Part shown: positions 45,892 through 55,786 of the stretch, in pieces
Position numbering within the stretch: position 1 is the stretch's first letter
Layout: every line of letters begins with the position of its first letter
Origin: a virus
Length of the DNA: 64,000 nt
Virus record (IMG/VR): IMGVR_UViG_3300012147_000006
Location: 64,001 to 128,000 of that record
Reading direction: 5' to 3' (one strand)
Translations under genes and position numbers: made by a program
The notes under the pieces: generated by a model
What the model was told of the DNA's origin: nothing
What the model saw: the letters and a program-made list of their open reading frames with translations, nothing else
Database searches by the model: none

Positions 45892-47304
45892 ATGAGCAAA
45901 GAAATTAGAAATAAAATAGCAAATATACTTAACGAGGAATTTGGAGAATCTCAAAAAGACAAGCTCGTTGGGATGTTAAACGCACTTGAATTTAAGAATG
46001 ACGTTCTTGCAGCAGGAGGAGAAATTTACGCTGTAGGAGGAATTGTGCGTGATGCAATTATGGGAACGCCAAGTGATGACCTTGACATTGTTGTTCGTGG
46101 TGTAGCTTACGACCAGTTATTTGCGATACTTTCTAAATATGGAAAACCGACTGACACGTCTCACGTAGATGAGAATGGTAAGAAGGATTTTGGTTCTACA
46201 AAGTTCGTTTCATCAAATAAAGCCTTTAATCAATTTCTTGCAGACAATGGTGCTGCCAGAGATATTGATGTGATGCTTCCTCGTAAGGACGCAAAGGACG
46301 TTGGAGTAAAGGGTCACAAAGGAATTAAATCTGAAGTAAACCCAATGTTTACAATTCAAGATGACCTTGAGAGACGTGACATAACAATAAACGCAATCGC
46401 CATGGATATGGCTGGCAATCTAATTGTAAATGGAACTGGGGTTGAGGACATTCAAAATGGTGTCATAAAAGCGGTTAATGCAGATGCGTTTATTGAAGAC
46501 CCGCTTAGAATGCTTAGAGCTGTAAGGTTTGCTGCAAGATACAATTACAATTGGGACCCAGAAACTGTTAGACTAATTAAAGAAAACGCCTCACTTCTTG
46601 CTGACAAAGAAGAGTTGCACAGCAGTAGATTCTTAAAAGAGTTTCAGAAGATGATTGGTAAAGCTGATTTATCAAGAGCTGTTCGATTGATTGTTGAACT
46701 GGGTATGTACAAGCATATTTTTGGCGTAGAGTCAAAGATTCAAGATTACACTAAATTTCAATACGCAAATAGCGTTGGGGAGATGGCATACATGATGTTT
46801 GACAACGAAGCTTCAGGAACAATTTTAGGACTGGTTAACAACAATATAACAGATGACAAATACACCGCTGCCGTTGTAGAGTCTCTAATTAACTACGTTG
46901 GCAATGTGAAAAACAAAAACCTTGACTTCATCAAGAGAGTTAATGAGCTTGCTTCTATCTTTCTTAAAAAAATGGATACAGTTGCGAGAACAGGTCCAGG
47001 CGTAGACGTTTTAACAAACTCTTACTACATAGAACCTCATGATAGAGAGATTGCAAGAAAGTTTTCTACTGGAGAACTTCCAGCTGGAGAAAATGACGTT
47101 GCCTTTAAGGGTCAAGAGTTTGCTGAATTTGTAAGAGACATTATAGTAAGCAACCAGGGTGAGTTTAGTAAATCAAAAGATGGCAGAAAGTTTGGTAACG
47201 CAAAAAGACTTGCGCTAACAGCTCTTTACAATGAAGAGATTGAAAACGATGTTGATAGTATTAAAAGATTCTTGATTGATTCCGCAAATCAATGGATGCT
47301 ATAA
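45892..47304 (+). CDS. tRNA nucleotidyltransferase (CCA-adding) / poly(A) polymerase family
   Basis: VGGIVRD, DLDI, DLERRDITINA, FIEDPLRMLRAVRF. Confidence 0.9.
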   Translation: MSKEIRNKIANILNEEFGESQKDKLVGMLNALEFKNDVLAAGGEIYAVGGIVRDAIMGTPSDDLDIVVRGVAYDQLFAILSKYGKPTDTSHVDENGKKDFGSTKFVSSNKAFNQFLADNGAARDIDVMLPRKDAKDVGVKGHKGIKSEVNPMFTIQDDLERRDITINAIAMDMAGNLIVNGTGVEDIQNGVIKAVNADAFIEDPLRMLRAVRFAARYNYNWDPETVRLIKENASLLADKEELHSSRFLKEFQKMIGKADLSRAVRLIVELGMYKHIFGVESKIQDYTKFQYANSVGEMAYMMFDNEASGTILGLVNNNITDDKYTAAVVESLINYVGNVKNKNLDFIKRVNELASIFLKKMDTVARTGPGVDVLTNSYYIEPHDREIARKFSTGELPAGENDVAFKGQEFAEFVRDIIVSNQGEFSKSKDGRKFGNAKRLALTALYNEEIENDVDSIKRFLIDSANQWML

Positions 47305-47424
47305 ATTTGGTGTCTATTTATTTGCATGAGAGGAAATAGAGGAATAAAAATAGATATATCCTTTAAGATTTTAATTGTTATACTGGCGCTGCTAACAGCT
47401 TCTGCCTTGAAGTGTTGTTAAAAA

Positions 47425-47877
47425 TTAACAAACTTCCATAACAGCAAATGCTGGAACTCCTTCCATGTAGGCACCTATGATGTTGTATTCATAATTTTCC
47501 ATTGCCATTGTGTAAAAGCTATAATCTTCATCCTCTTCTAATTATGGGTGAGATTCATATTCGGTAATCATTTGCTCAATCATCTTTTCTCTATCGTGAA
47601 GATAAACTACATAGCCGTCAATATTTAAGTATCCTATAAGGGTATCCTCAAACCCATCAGCCTTTAAAGCTCTTGAATTATATTGGCTAACGTGTTCAAC
47701 TAATTTGTCCATATCGTTTATGATAAATGCATTTATTCCCTCATACATAGGCAAAATGGCTCCCCCAAAACGTTCAGCATAACCAATTAGTTTATCTTCA
47801 TTTTCTTCATCAAACTTAATGCATGGGTCCATTTCCATTAGGTATTGCTTTAGCTCTTCTCTGTCTTCTTGTTTCAT
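47425..47877 (-). CDS. Phage hypothetical protein with internal TAA
   Basis: ADGFEDTLIG..; frame continues past TAA (47542-47544) as LEEDED..YEYNIIGAY..EVC*. Confidence 0.6.
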
Positions 47878-47985
47878 AAACGGGTAAATTTTGATTACGA
47901 ATATACAAAAGTTTTTTTAGCCTTGCAAGAAAGCAGCTAAAATTCCATTTTTTTAACTATTTATGATAAAGTATCTCTAACGACT

Positions 47986-48369
47986 ATGGATAAGAAAATA
48001 ATAAACGAGGAACAATTTAGAAAATTGGTAATCAAGGAAGCAAAAAAAATCTTCTCTGAGGATGTGAAATCGACTCCAGCAATGGAGAGTGGCAAGGTAG
48101 AATCAAAGAGATTGTCTATTGATGAGGTTGAAAGCTTAATCAAAGAGATGGAAGAGATGAATACTTCAATAACTTCTTTAAGCCTTAGCCTGTTAGGTGA
48201 GTCTGAAGCCGCATCTGAAGAAGCAATCGAAGAATCTAAGGGCCCAAATAGAGACCTTGATGTTAATGAGCACAATAAGAATAAGAATTATAAGCACATT
48301 AATGAAAATGAAAAAGATAGAATCAAAAGAATGTTGAATTACAATGTTCCTAAAGATGAGGATAGATAA
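47986..48369 (+). CDS. Acidic hypothetical protein, possible virion internal protein
   Basis: TATTTAT upstream; IINEEQFRKLVIKE N-terminus. Confidence 0.7.
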   Translation: MDKKIINEEQFRKLVIKEAKKIFSEDVKSTPAMESGKVESKRLSIDEVESLIKEMEEMNTSITSLSLSLLGESEAASEEAIEESKGPNRDLDVNEHNKNKNYKHINENEKDRIKRMLNYNVPKDEDR

Positions 48370-48443
48370 TCTTCATCAATAATATTTTAAAAAGCTCTGG
48401 TATCAGGGCTTTTTTTTGTGCTCAAAATTTCTTATAATTACTC

Positions 48444-48917
48444 ATGAATAAATTAAAAGGAGAATATGTTTTTGCCAAGGATTTAATTAAAGGCGAAGCT
48501 GGAGAAGATAAGATTGTAGAGTTTATGGTTGGTCTTGGATTTGAGTTTATTAGCAGAAACAACGACAATAGATATGATGCTGTAATGAAGTTTGATGAAA
48601 CTGAATATAAGTATGAATACAAGACAGATATGTATTGCAACCCAACAAATGACACAGGAAATCTCGTTGTAGAAATAAGAAGTCGTGGAAAAGATTCAGG
48701 CATAACTGTTACTCAAGCAGATTATTTCGTAACATATTATCCTCACCTGGGGGAGATATGGAATATAAAAACTTCTGACCTTAAAAAATTAATAGAAGAT
48801 AATAATATTAGACTAAAAGAAGGAGCAGGAGACCCTGGGAGCAATACTGCTTTTTATTTAGTAAACAGAGCTACGTACAGAAAACATTTCAAAGTACACA
48901 CCATAGCTAAAGTTTAA
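48444..48917 (+). CDS. PD-(D/E)xK nuclease-like protein
   Basis: GE..YD..YEYKTD..TGNLVVE. Confidence 0.55.
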   Translation: MNKLKGEYVFAKDLIKGEAGEDKIVEFMVGLGFEFISRNNDNRYDAVMKFDETEYKYEYKTDMYCNPTNDTGNLVVEIRSRGKDSGITVTQADYFVTYYPHLGEIWNIKTSDLKKLIEDNNIRLKEGAGDPGSNTAFYLVNRATYRKHFKVHTIAKV

Positions 48918-48951
48918 GTTTTGCTGACTATTTATAGAGAAAGCAAATAAT

Positions 48952-49122
48952 ATGAAATTTATAAATAACTGGAAGAGCCCGAACAAACAATGGGACAAAT
49001 GGGAATTCAGACTAAGACTTGGCGCTATAGATGTACTTAGACTTAAATACGACCACTCAGACAAATATTTTGAATTTAGAGTTATTAACTTAGGTGGAAA
49101 ATTAGGTGGACGTAGAAAATAA
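48952..49122 (+). CDS. Small hypothetical protein (56 aa)
   Basis: Read manually: MKFINNWKSPNKQWDK...; TATTTATA at 48929. Confidence 0.6.
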   Translation: MKFINNWKSPNKQWDKWEFRLRLGAIDVLRLKYDHSDKYFEFRVINLGGKLGGRRK

Positions 49123-50431
49123 CATACCAGAAGAAGGGAGAAACTTATCTCACACAGCAAAAAGAAGCGCTAAGTACAGGAACAAAAAAGGTCCTGCTAA
49201 GTATTTCAAGCCGTATAAGAATCTTAAGTACATCGTAATGGACGAAGAAGTTGAGCCAGATGATGTATCAGTTCCTGTTGCGCCATTAAGAGATGAGTTA
49301 AATGCTAAAGTTTGGACTGCAGATAATCAATTAAGACCAGAGGTAAGACAGGCGTTGATTGATATTGCTAATTCTTATTTTGAAGCGCTTGAGCTTGAGC
49401 TGGAAATCAAAGACATTTTGTTTACTGGAAGCCTTGCTAATTATGGATGGACTGAAGGTAGTGATATTGACTTGCATATTATTGTAGAGTATGGAGAACT
49501 TGGAGAAGTTGCATTTCTCGAAGACTATCTTTATCTTAAAAAGAAAAACTGGCTTGATGCTCACAATATTTCTATTTATGGATTCGAAGTTGAACCGTTT
49601 GCAAAAGATGTTGAGAACGAATTTGCCTACAAAGCAATTTATAGCGTTCTAAATAACGAATGGGTGGTTCCGCCAAGAAAAGATAAGCCTGTAATTGATT
49701 TTGAGACAGTTAAAGAAAAGTCTGCAAGTCTTATGAATGATATTGATAAAATCTTATCAATAAAAGATAATGTACAACAATTTGAAGCTGCTGAGAAACT
49801 TAAAAACAAGCTTGGCGGATTAAGAAACATTGGCCTACATAAAAGTGGCGAATACTCTAATGAGAACCTAATTTATAAAACACTTAGAAGAACTGGGTAC
49901 CTTGATAAGTTAGGTGATGCTAAAAATGATTCGTTTGATGCTGGGCTGTCACTTAACGAAGGAGTTAAAAGCAAAGTTATAAGTGAGAATAAAACTGTAA
50001 CTCAAAACCTTGGCGCTACTCCAATGGTTCATACACTAAAAGTGCAGAGTGGAATTGATGGGATGATTCCAGAAAAAATTAGAATAATAAAAGACTTTAT
50101 AAGTTTCGTGTGTGGAAAGCTTGGAATGGAAGAACCTGTAAGCGTATGCCTTAGAAGAGGTAGAGACGCTTATATTGAAACTACAGCTTCGTATGTGCCA
50201 GGAGACAATGAAAATCACATTAGATGCAATGGTAGAGCTCTTGTAGACATACTTAGAAGTATAGCGCACGAACTTACTCACAATAGACAGAGAGAAGTTG
50301 GTATGTTCGGAAATGGAGACCAGGTTCAAAATATTGGAGGCCACATTGAGGACCAAGCTAATTCAGTTGCTGGAATCTTTATAAAAGACTTTACTCACAA
50401 TTACGGGTACGACAATATTTACGACATTTAA
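49106..50431 (+). CDS. Pol-beta-type nucleotidyltransferase fused to HExxH domain (start uncertain)
   Basis: TGSLANY..SDIDLH, VE third carboxylate; C-terminal IAHELTH. Confidence 0.75.
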   Translation: MDVENNIPEEGRNLSHTAKRSAKYRNKKGPAKYFKPYKNLKYIVMDEEVEPDDVSVPVAPLRDELNAKVWTADNQLRPEVRQALIDIANSYFEALELELEIKDILFTGSLANYGWTEGSDIDLHIIVEYGELGEVAFLEDYLYLKKKNWLDAHNISIYGFEVEPFAKDVENEFAYKAIYSVLNNEWVVPPRKDKPVIDFETVKEKSASLMNDIDKILSIKDNVQQFEAAEKLKNKLGGLRNIGLHKSGEYSNENLIYKTLRRTGYLDKLGDAKNDSFDAGLSLNEGVKSKVISENKTVTQNLGATPMVHTLKVQSGIDGMIPEKIRIIKDFISFVCGKLGMEEPVSVCLRRGRDAYIETTASYVPGDNENHIRCNGRALVDILRSIAHELTHNRQREVGMFGNGDQVQNIGGHIEDQANSVAGIFIKDFTHNYGYDNIYDI

Positions 50432-50640
50432 AGGTCTGTAAAACTCTTAAGTTTCACAGCTTCTTTAGCAATATCTTCATCATGAGGAGAAAGCAAAGTA
50501 AATTCACCAAGCAATGATTCTTGAAGTGCTTTTGTAAGCTCTGCAACTCCCTCAGAGTTTGTTTCATTCATTATTTCTTCCCACATTTCATCACCCTTAA
50601 GGTCTTCTTCTGTAAGTGTTATTTCGAATACGTATTTTTT

Positions 50641-51522
50641 TCATAAGTCAAGTATGCTTATTTGTTTTCCTGGAAAGTTTAATTTCTTATCTGGCTTAGA
50701 TATGCCAAATTTCTTTGCAACTTCTTTGATTTGAAAGTTTGCTGAATTATTTCTGTAAGGACCATAATCTGGAAGTCTTGGGTCAATATAGAACGTGTGG
50801 TCGAAGAGCCAGTTTTCTTCAGCGACTCTGATGCACTCGTGAGTAAGAACGTCTTTGTCTTTAAGTTCGAATTGGCTAACATGAAAAAGGAGCGCAGAAT
50901 AAGATTTAAGTTTTGATGGCTTCATGGTAACTCCAGCGGAAGCGAAACCAAGCTCAGACCTTCTATTAAAGGCGTTTGAGTTCATGAATATATCAAGCTC
51001 TTTAGTTCTTCTAACATCAGACAAGATGATGTTGTTGTGACCAGCGGCATCAATTTCCATTGCTTTATTTATCCAATAGTATCCTCCATTGATTTCACGA
51101 AGCTTTTCTCCATACCAAATGATAAATGGCCTAAGTCTTTTTTTAACTGGAATGTCTTCAGTTTGAAAGTCCATCATATCCATTGTAAGAGTTCTCATAT
51201 CTTCAAGCAAGAGAGCGTCAGAAACATCTGGATGTATGTCTTCAGAGAAGTGCGTGTTGGGTATTTCTGCAAGGTACTCATAAACAGCTTTCTTAAGATA
51301 TTTATTCATCTCAATTTTAATGTTGTCAGCAAAAGCTACTCTATGATAACCATAGTCATCAATAAACTTCTTAGCTATTGTATCTTTTCCGCTTTTTGCA
51401 TATCCAACTAAACCTAAAATTATTTTGTTATTTAATAATTCATAATTTATCTTTTCATGCTTTTCTTTAGAAATTAAACAATCTGGAATTTTTATATCAA
51501 AATCATACTGATGGTCAAACAT
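50641..51522 (-). CDS. Deoxynucleoside monophosphate kinase-like protein
   Basis: GYAKSGKDT, FADNIK, R..GE..R, YWI, SDVR. Confidence 0.8.
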   Translation of the reverse strand: MFDHQYDFDIKIPDCLISKEKHEKINYELLNNKIILGLVGYAKSGKDTIAKKFIDDYGYHRVAFADNIKIEMNKYLKKAVYEYLAEIPNTHFSEDIHPDVSDALLLEDMRTLTMDMMDFQTEDIPVKKRLRPFIIWYGEKLREINGGYYWINKAMEIDAAGHNNIILSDVRRTKELDIFMNSNAFNRRSELGFASAGVTMKPSKLKSYSALLFHVSQFELKDKDVLTHECIRVAEENWLFDHTFYIDPRLPDYGPYRNNSANFQIKEVAKKFGISKPDKKLNFPGKQISILDL

Positions 51523-51552
51523 ATTTTTATTTTTTTGTAAAGTTATAATATC

Positions 51553-52353
51553 TTACTCATATTTCCAAATAAATCCTTTAGCTGTTTTCGATTTTCCAAC
51601 ACAAGCTCTTCTAATGTTTTCTTCAATACATTTCATTTTATTAGATGCATCTCTACAGCTATCAAAAGTTCTTATAAATTCTCCACTTAAATCAAATTGA
51701 CCAACACGCCTTGCTGTTTTTTTGCCAGATAATTTATATCCAGATTTACCAGTATTCCACGGATTTGATTTAGTTTTAAAACTTCCATCGTTAGATTTTC
51801 TTTTTCTGTTAATATAGCAATTTATAAAATCATTAAATTGCTTTTCTGTCATAGTTTCGTATGTAATTTTCCTTAGCCATAAAAACCCTCCAGTAGAAAG
51901 TCTTTCTTTATCTATAGATTTAAACATATCTTTTCCAAAAACCCTCCTTGCTATGATATAAGATTCAAATTCTTTAACTACCACTCCAGAATCGCTAATT
52001 TGAAGTATAGGGATAGAGTTTTCTCCTTTTTTAAAAGATGTTTTGTTTGCAAATGTACAGCCATCTCCACCGCTAGTATGGTTAACTAAATCAAAGCCCC
52101 ATGTTTTAATTTGAGAAATCCAATAAGTTTCCCAAAACCTCCAATCATCTAAAGGAACAATATCTATAACTTCTATTATTGGTTTTAATTTTTTCTTTTT
52201 CAAAGACTCAATCCAATTTTTTTTATGAGTTTGATGCTTTCTAGCTTTATTTAAGTGTGCTCTATATCTTTGTGTTACATTATTAGCTTTACCAATGTAT
52301 CTAATTTTATTTGTCTCTGGGTCTCTTAGTGTGTAAATATTTGTAAAATTCAT
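51553..52353 (-). CDS. GIY-YIG homing endonuclease (NUMOD1)
   Basis: IYTLRDP..RYIGK, NHTSGGDG, TAKGFIWKY. Confidence 0.85.
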   Translation of the reverse strand: MNFTNIYTLRDPETNKIRYIGKANNVTQRYRAHLNKARKHQTHKKNWIESLKKKKLKPIIEVIDIVPLDDWRFWETYWISQIKTWGFDLVNHTSGGDGCTFANKTSFKKGENSIPILQISDSGVVVKEFESYIIARRVFGKDMFKSIDKERLSTGGFLWLRKITYETMTEKQFNDFINCYINRKRKSNDGSFKTKSNPWNTGKSGYKLSGKKTARRVGQFDLSGEFIRTFDSCRDASNKMKCIEENIRRACVGKSKTAKGFIWKYE

Positions 52354-52428
52354 AATAATGATTTATTATAAATATGAACAAAAAATATAAAAACGAGAGC
52401 CCATTAATGCTATATCCGCAAAGACCTA

Positions 52429-53118
52429 TTAAACTGAAACTTTTGCTTTAATTGCAGGAAGTGGTTTGTAATCTAAAATCTTAATATCATCATATTGAAA
52501 GTCGAATATGTTCTTAACGTCTGGATTTAGCCAAATACTTGGTAATTCAGGACCATATACATCTGGCATATAATGAATGTTTTTGTTTTCCCAGAAATTA
52601 ATACCACCAGAACCATTAGAATATGTTCTGTCTAAAAGCTCATTTACTTGGTCTTTATGATTTGAATACAGGTGAGCATCCCCAAATGTATGAACAAACT
52701 TACCAGGCTTCATTCCAGTTACGTGACACATCATGTGCAACAGTAGTGAGTATGACGCAATGTTAAAAGGAACTCCAAGAAATGTATCTGCAGAACGTTG
52801 GTACAGTTGTAGAGAAAGTTCGTATTTTGGCACTCCCCAACCATCGCAAACTCCATGTAAATAACCTTTTTCAACATCCCAATTAGCATCTACACCATTA
52901 GTGTTTCCATAATTTACTGAAATGTTCATCCTTTCTCTGGATGTTAATTCTCTTGCTTGAAACTGGAAGAATGCATGGCAGGGTCTGAGTGCCATCTTTC
53001 CTGGTTGGACATGTTTTTTACCAAACTCTTTATTAAATCCTTTATCTGCTTTTAACTTTTCTAAAAACTCTTCTTTTGTAAGCGGAGCTCCATCTTCATG
53101 TGTATACTTTTTATTCAT
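52429..53118 (-). CDS. thyA: Thymidylate synthase, C-terminal half
   Basis: [12 protein letters not shown] (catalytic Cys), [30 protein letters not shown]. Confidence 0.92.
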   Translation of the reverse strand: MNKKYTHEDGAPLTKEEFLEKLKADKGFNKEFGKKHVQPGKMALRPCHAFFQFQARELTSRERMNISVNYGNTNGVDANWDVEKGYLHGVCDGWGVPKYELSLQLYQRSADTFLGVPFNIASYSLLLHMMCHVTGMKPGKFVHTFGDAHLYSNHKDQVNELLDRTYSNGSGGINFWENKNIHYMPDVYGPELPSIWLNPDVKNIFDFQYDDIKILDYKPLPAIKAKVSV

Positions 53119-53119
53119 A

Positions 53120-53374
53120 TTAATTTATTTTTTGGTTTCCCCATTTGGTGTTATCATAAGTAACTGTTTCCATTTTATCAACATTTACAAACACTCCCCA
53201 GCCAAACTCTGTTTGATAAAACGCTTCATTATCTTTTAATTGGTATATATCCTCATCATTTGGACCTACCTTTAACTTTCGTTTATGAGATAAATTAAAT
53301 TCCATTGTTTCGTCATAACCATTTAATTTTATGGTTTTTGGTAAATCTATTGTTTTTGTTATTTTATAATCCAT
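53120..53374 (-). CDS. Hypothetical protein between the thyA halves
   Basis: 84-aa ORF tightly coupled to both neighbours. Confidence 0.6.
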   Translation of the reverse strand: MDYKITKTIDLPKTIKLNGYDETMEFNLSHKRKLKVGPNDEDIYQLKDNEAFYQTEFGWGVFVNVDKMETVTYDNTKWGNQKIN

Positions 53375-54213
53375 TCTTTAAAATTTTTATTTTTAACTCT
53401 ACCCCTTACTGTATTTTCAGATAAATCAAGTTGTCTTGCAGCTTCAGCAACGCTTCTATAAACAACTTCATTTATAGAACATTGTTTATTTTGAGCTGAA
53501 TTCAAACTTATATTTTTCTTGTGTTCATCAGTTTTTGGCTTTGAGTTAATTTCGCTCAACATTTTCTTTACTTCATCTGTATGTGTTTTCCCTTTAAAAG
53601 GATTATTTTCTTTCATCCACTGGGAGTGACCATCATTTGTTTTACCATTCCAATAACCCTCTTTTCCTTTGTTAGCCTCACTTATTTTTTTACTAATAAT
53701 TTTTCGCTCTTCATCGGGCAAATTTTGGTGCCATTCTTTTCTTTTGTCTGATATTATTTTTTTTGTCTCTTCAGTGTGAGTATTTCCATACATTGGATTA
53801 TTTTCTCCTAATGATTTGTCACCAAAAGATTTTCTCCATTTTTCAATTTCTTCAGAAGTTCTTTTTCGCCCCCTTGTAGGGTTATTTTCTTTCATCCATT
53901 CAGAGTGGTTTTTAGATATTAAATCTTTATCTTGATGGTTCGATATTGTGTCTCCACCCTCCCCTCCTGTTGCAATATTATATCCGTTAGGATAAAAAGA
54001 ACCAAGTTCATTAATCCAAAAGATTTCTCGCTCTGACATTTGCTCGTATGTTTCGCAATGTTCTAAAATTTCTTTTTTAAAATTATCTTTTCCATAATGC
54101 TTTATGGCATTTTTTAAAATCTTTCCACTCCCCAAATAATCAGGGTTATTAAACTTATCTTTACCAATGTAAAATCTTCCGTTTGCTAAATTTGTTGTTT
54201 TGTATATAATCAT
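53359..54213 (-). CDS. GIY-YIG homing endonuclease (NUMOD3 repeats) between the thyA halves
   Basis: IIYKTTN..FYIG, YLGSG, GYNIA.GGEGG, HTEETKK repeats; own TATTTATA at 54235-54242. Confidence 0.9.
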   Translation of the reverse strand: MIIYKTTNLANGRFYIGKDKFNNPDYLGSGKILKNAIKHYGKDNFKKEILEHCETYEQMSEREIFWINELGSFYPNGYNIATGGEGGDTISNHQDKDLISKNHSEWMKENNPTRGRKRTSEEIEKWRKSFGDKSLGENNPMYGNTHTEETKKIISDKRKEWHQNLPDEERKIISKKISEANKGKEGYWNGKTNDGHSQWMKENNPFKGKTHTDEVKKMLSEINSKPKTDEHKKNISLNSAQNKQCSINEVVYRSVAEAARQLDLSENTVRGRVKNKNFKEWIIK

Positions 54214-54246
54214 AATGGTATTACCTCATTTTATTATAAATACAAA

Positions 54247-54825
54247 TCATTTTATTTTTTTCAGATATTCTTGATAAAGTTCGTCATAACTTCTATTATC
54301 TGGCTCTGACAAATCCGCTACATTCCAAGCAGATACAATAAGGCCTCTATCCATTGGATTGAAATTGTCGTGACCTTCTGTAAGTTTGTCAACTATGTTT
54401 TGAATTTGATTTATGTGCTTATACATAATCTTAGGGTCTCTTGATTTTGATAACAAACCATCAGAAATGCTAATATAATGAGCTACCTCCCAATCTACCC
54501 ACTGCTTCCCGTATACTGGACCAAGGCTACCATCTTCATCGGCCCATTCATCCCAGATGTGAACTTTATTATCTACAAGGTATTTTATATTTGTCATTTC
54601 AAGACCTTCGTATTCTTTAAGGTTGGTATGATTACCAAGGAGCCAAAGTAGTTCATGAGTAACTCCTGGCATCCAAGTTTTCTTTAAAGTAAGAAGTGGG
54701 AATCCGTCATCCATATTATAAGTAGATTGGTGTCCGAATATTTTTACAGTACCAGTGCCAGTTCTATCGTCAGACTTGTGTCCTTCGTTTATAATTCTAT
54801 GAATTAAATCTGTATATTGTTTCAT
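54247..54825 (-). CDS. thyA: Thymidylate synthase, N-terminal half
   Basis: MKQY, DRTGTGT, FPLLT.K, ELLW, IWDEWA, LGPVYG.QW, NQI, IVSAWN. Confidence 0.92.
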   Translation of the reverse strand: MKQYTDLIHRIINEGHKSDDRTGTGTVKIFGHQSTYNMDDGFPLLTLKKTWMPGVTHELLWLLGNHTNLKEYEGLEMTNIKYLVDNKVHIWDEWADEDGSLGPVYGKQWVDWEVAHYISISDGLLSKSRDPKIMYKHINQIQNIVDKLTEGHDNFNPMDRGLIVSAWNVADLSEPDNRSYDELYQEYLKKIK

Positions 54826-55733
54826 ATTTGTATTTTTAAGTATTCATCATCTTCATCGTAGAGAATGTCCATTGAGTCAAGGTACTCTTTTATTGATAGC
54901 TTTTGACTATTTGATATTCCGCTTTCTATTGAACCGAGACAATCGAATTCAAGCCTTCCAACCATGCTAATATACTTGAGACCTATGTAAATGTGTTTAG
55001 ACTCTGTATCATACCCTGAGGTGGCTGCAATATCATACATAGATAGCAATACATATTTTCCAAAATACATTTCATCAATACCTTTGCTTAAATCTTTTAT
55101 TTCTGAATACTTTTCGAGTTCCAATTTATTATCAACAACAGATACAATAAATTGTCCATTGTATTTTTCTGATGACTCAAGATATTTAAACGCCTCAAGA
55201 AACTCTTCTGGCTGCCACTTAAATTCCTTGGAAAAAACATTACTTTTTGGATTAGCTCTTAACGAATTAATTATTTTCTCTTTTTCAAAATAACTAACCT
55301 TTTCTCTTTTCCAGTCTGTTTTTGGTGGTGGCGTTCCTTTTGAGATGGGTTGCTTCAATTGGTCTGCAACTTCTTTAGCTGTCCTGGAAGGCTCTTCCAT
55401 TGTAATACCAGCTGCAGCAACAGATGCTTTTCGAATTTCTTCCTGTCTTTCACGAGAAAGAACTTCATCTATAATAGCTTTTTTGCCGATGTCACCAAAA
55501 TGGACACCTTTGAATTTTTCTTTATTTTGAGACTCTTTAACCTTTTGAATTGTGTCATTATTAAGTTCATCTCTAATATCAAGAAACATAAATTCAGCAA
55601 GCTCACAAAGCTTATTGTTAATGTCTAAGATGTACTTTTCAACTCTATCTTTTCGGTTTTTGTTTATTTCTGCAATGTTGTTTTCCTTTCCGCTGATTGG
55701 GTAGTGGTCAGGATGGTATCTGTTTATGCTCAT
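54822..55733 (-). CDS. Hypothetical protein
   Basis: Long ORF with ATGA overlap to thyA-N. Confidence 0.8.
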   Translation of the reverse strand: MSINRYHPDHYPISGKENNIAEINKNRKDRVEKYILDINNKLCELAEFMFLDIRDELNNDTIQKVKESQNKEKFKGVHFGDIGKKAIIDEVLSRERQEEIRKASVAAAGITMEEPSRTAKEVADQLKQPISKGTPPPKTDWKREKVSYFEKEKIINSLRANPKSNVFSKEFKWQPEEFLEAFKYLESSEKYNGQFIVSVVDNKLELEKYSEIKDLSKGIDEMYFGKYVLLSMYDIAATSGYDTESKHIYIGLKYISMVGRLEFDCLGSIESGISNSQKLSIKEYLDSMDILYDEDDEYLKIQI

Positions 55734-55786
55734 GACTATGCTTTCTAATTTTTATAAAAATAAGAAAATATAGTCATAAAAACAAA

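Noticed and set aside
28411-47877. Stop-codon reassignment suggested by in-frame TAG (28714) and TAA (47542)
   Set aside because: Only two isolated cases with different codons. TAG and TAA end many genes normally and coding density is high under the standard code, so point mutation or base-call error is more likely.
53000-54310. Group I intron or ribosomal bypass joining the thyA halves
   Set aside because: No non-coding space or recognisable core elements for an intron. The shared CCAG at both borders is too short, and the gap (about 1.3 kb) is far too long for gene-60-style hopping. It is not formally excluded without RT-PCR.
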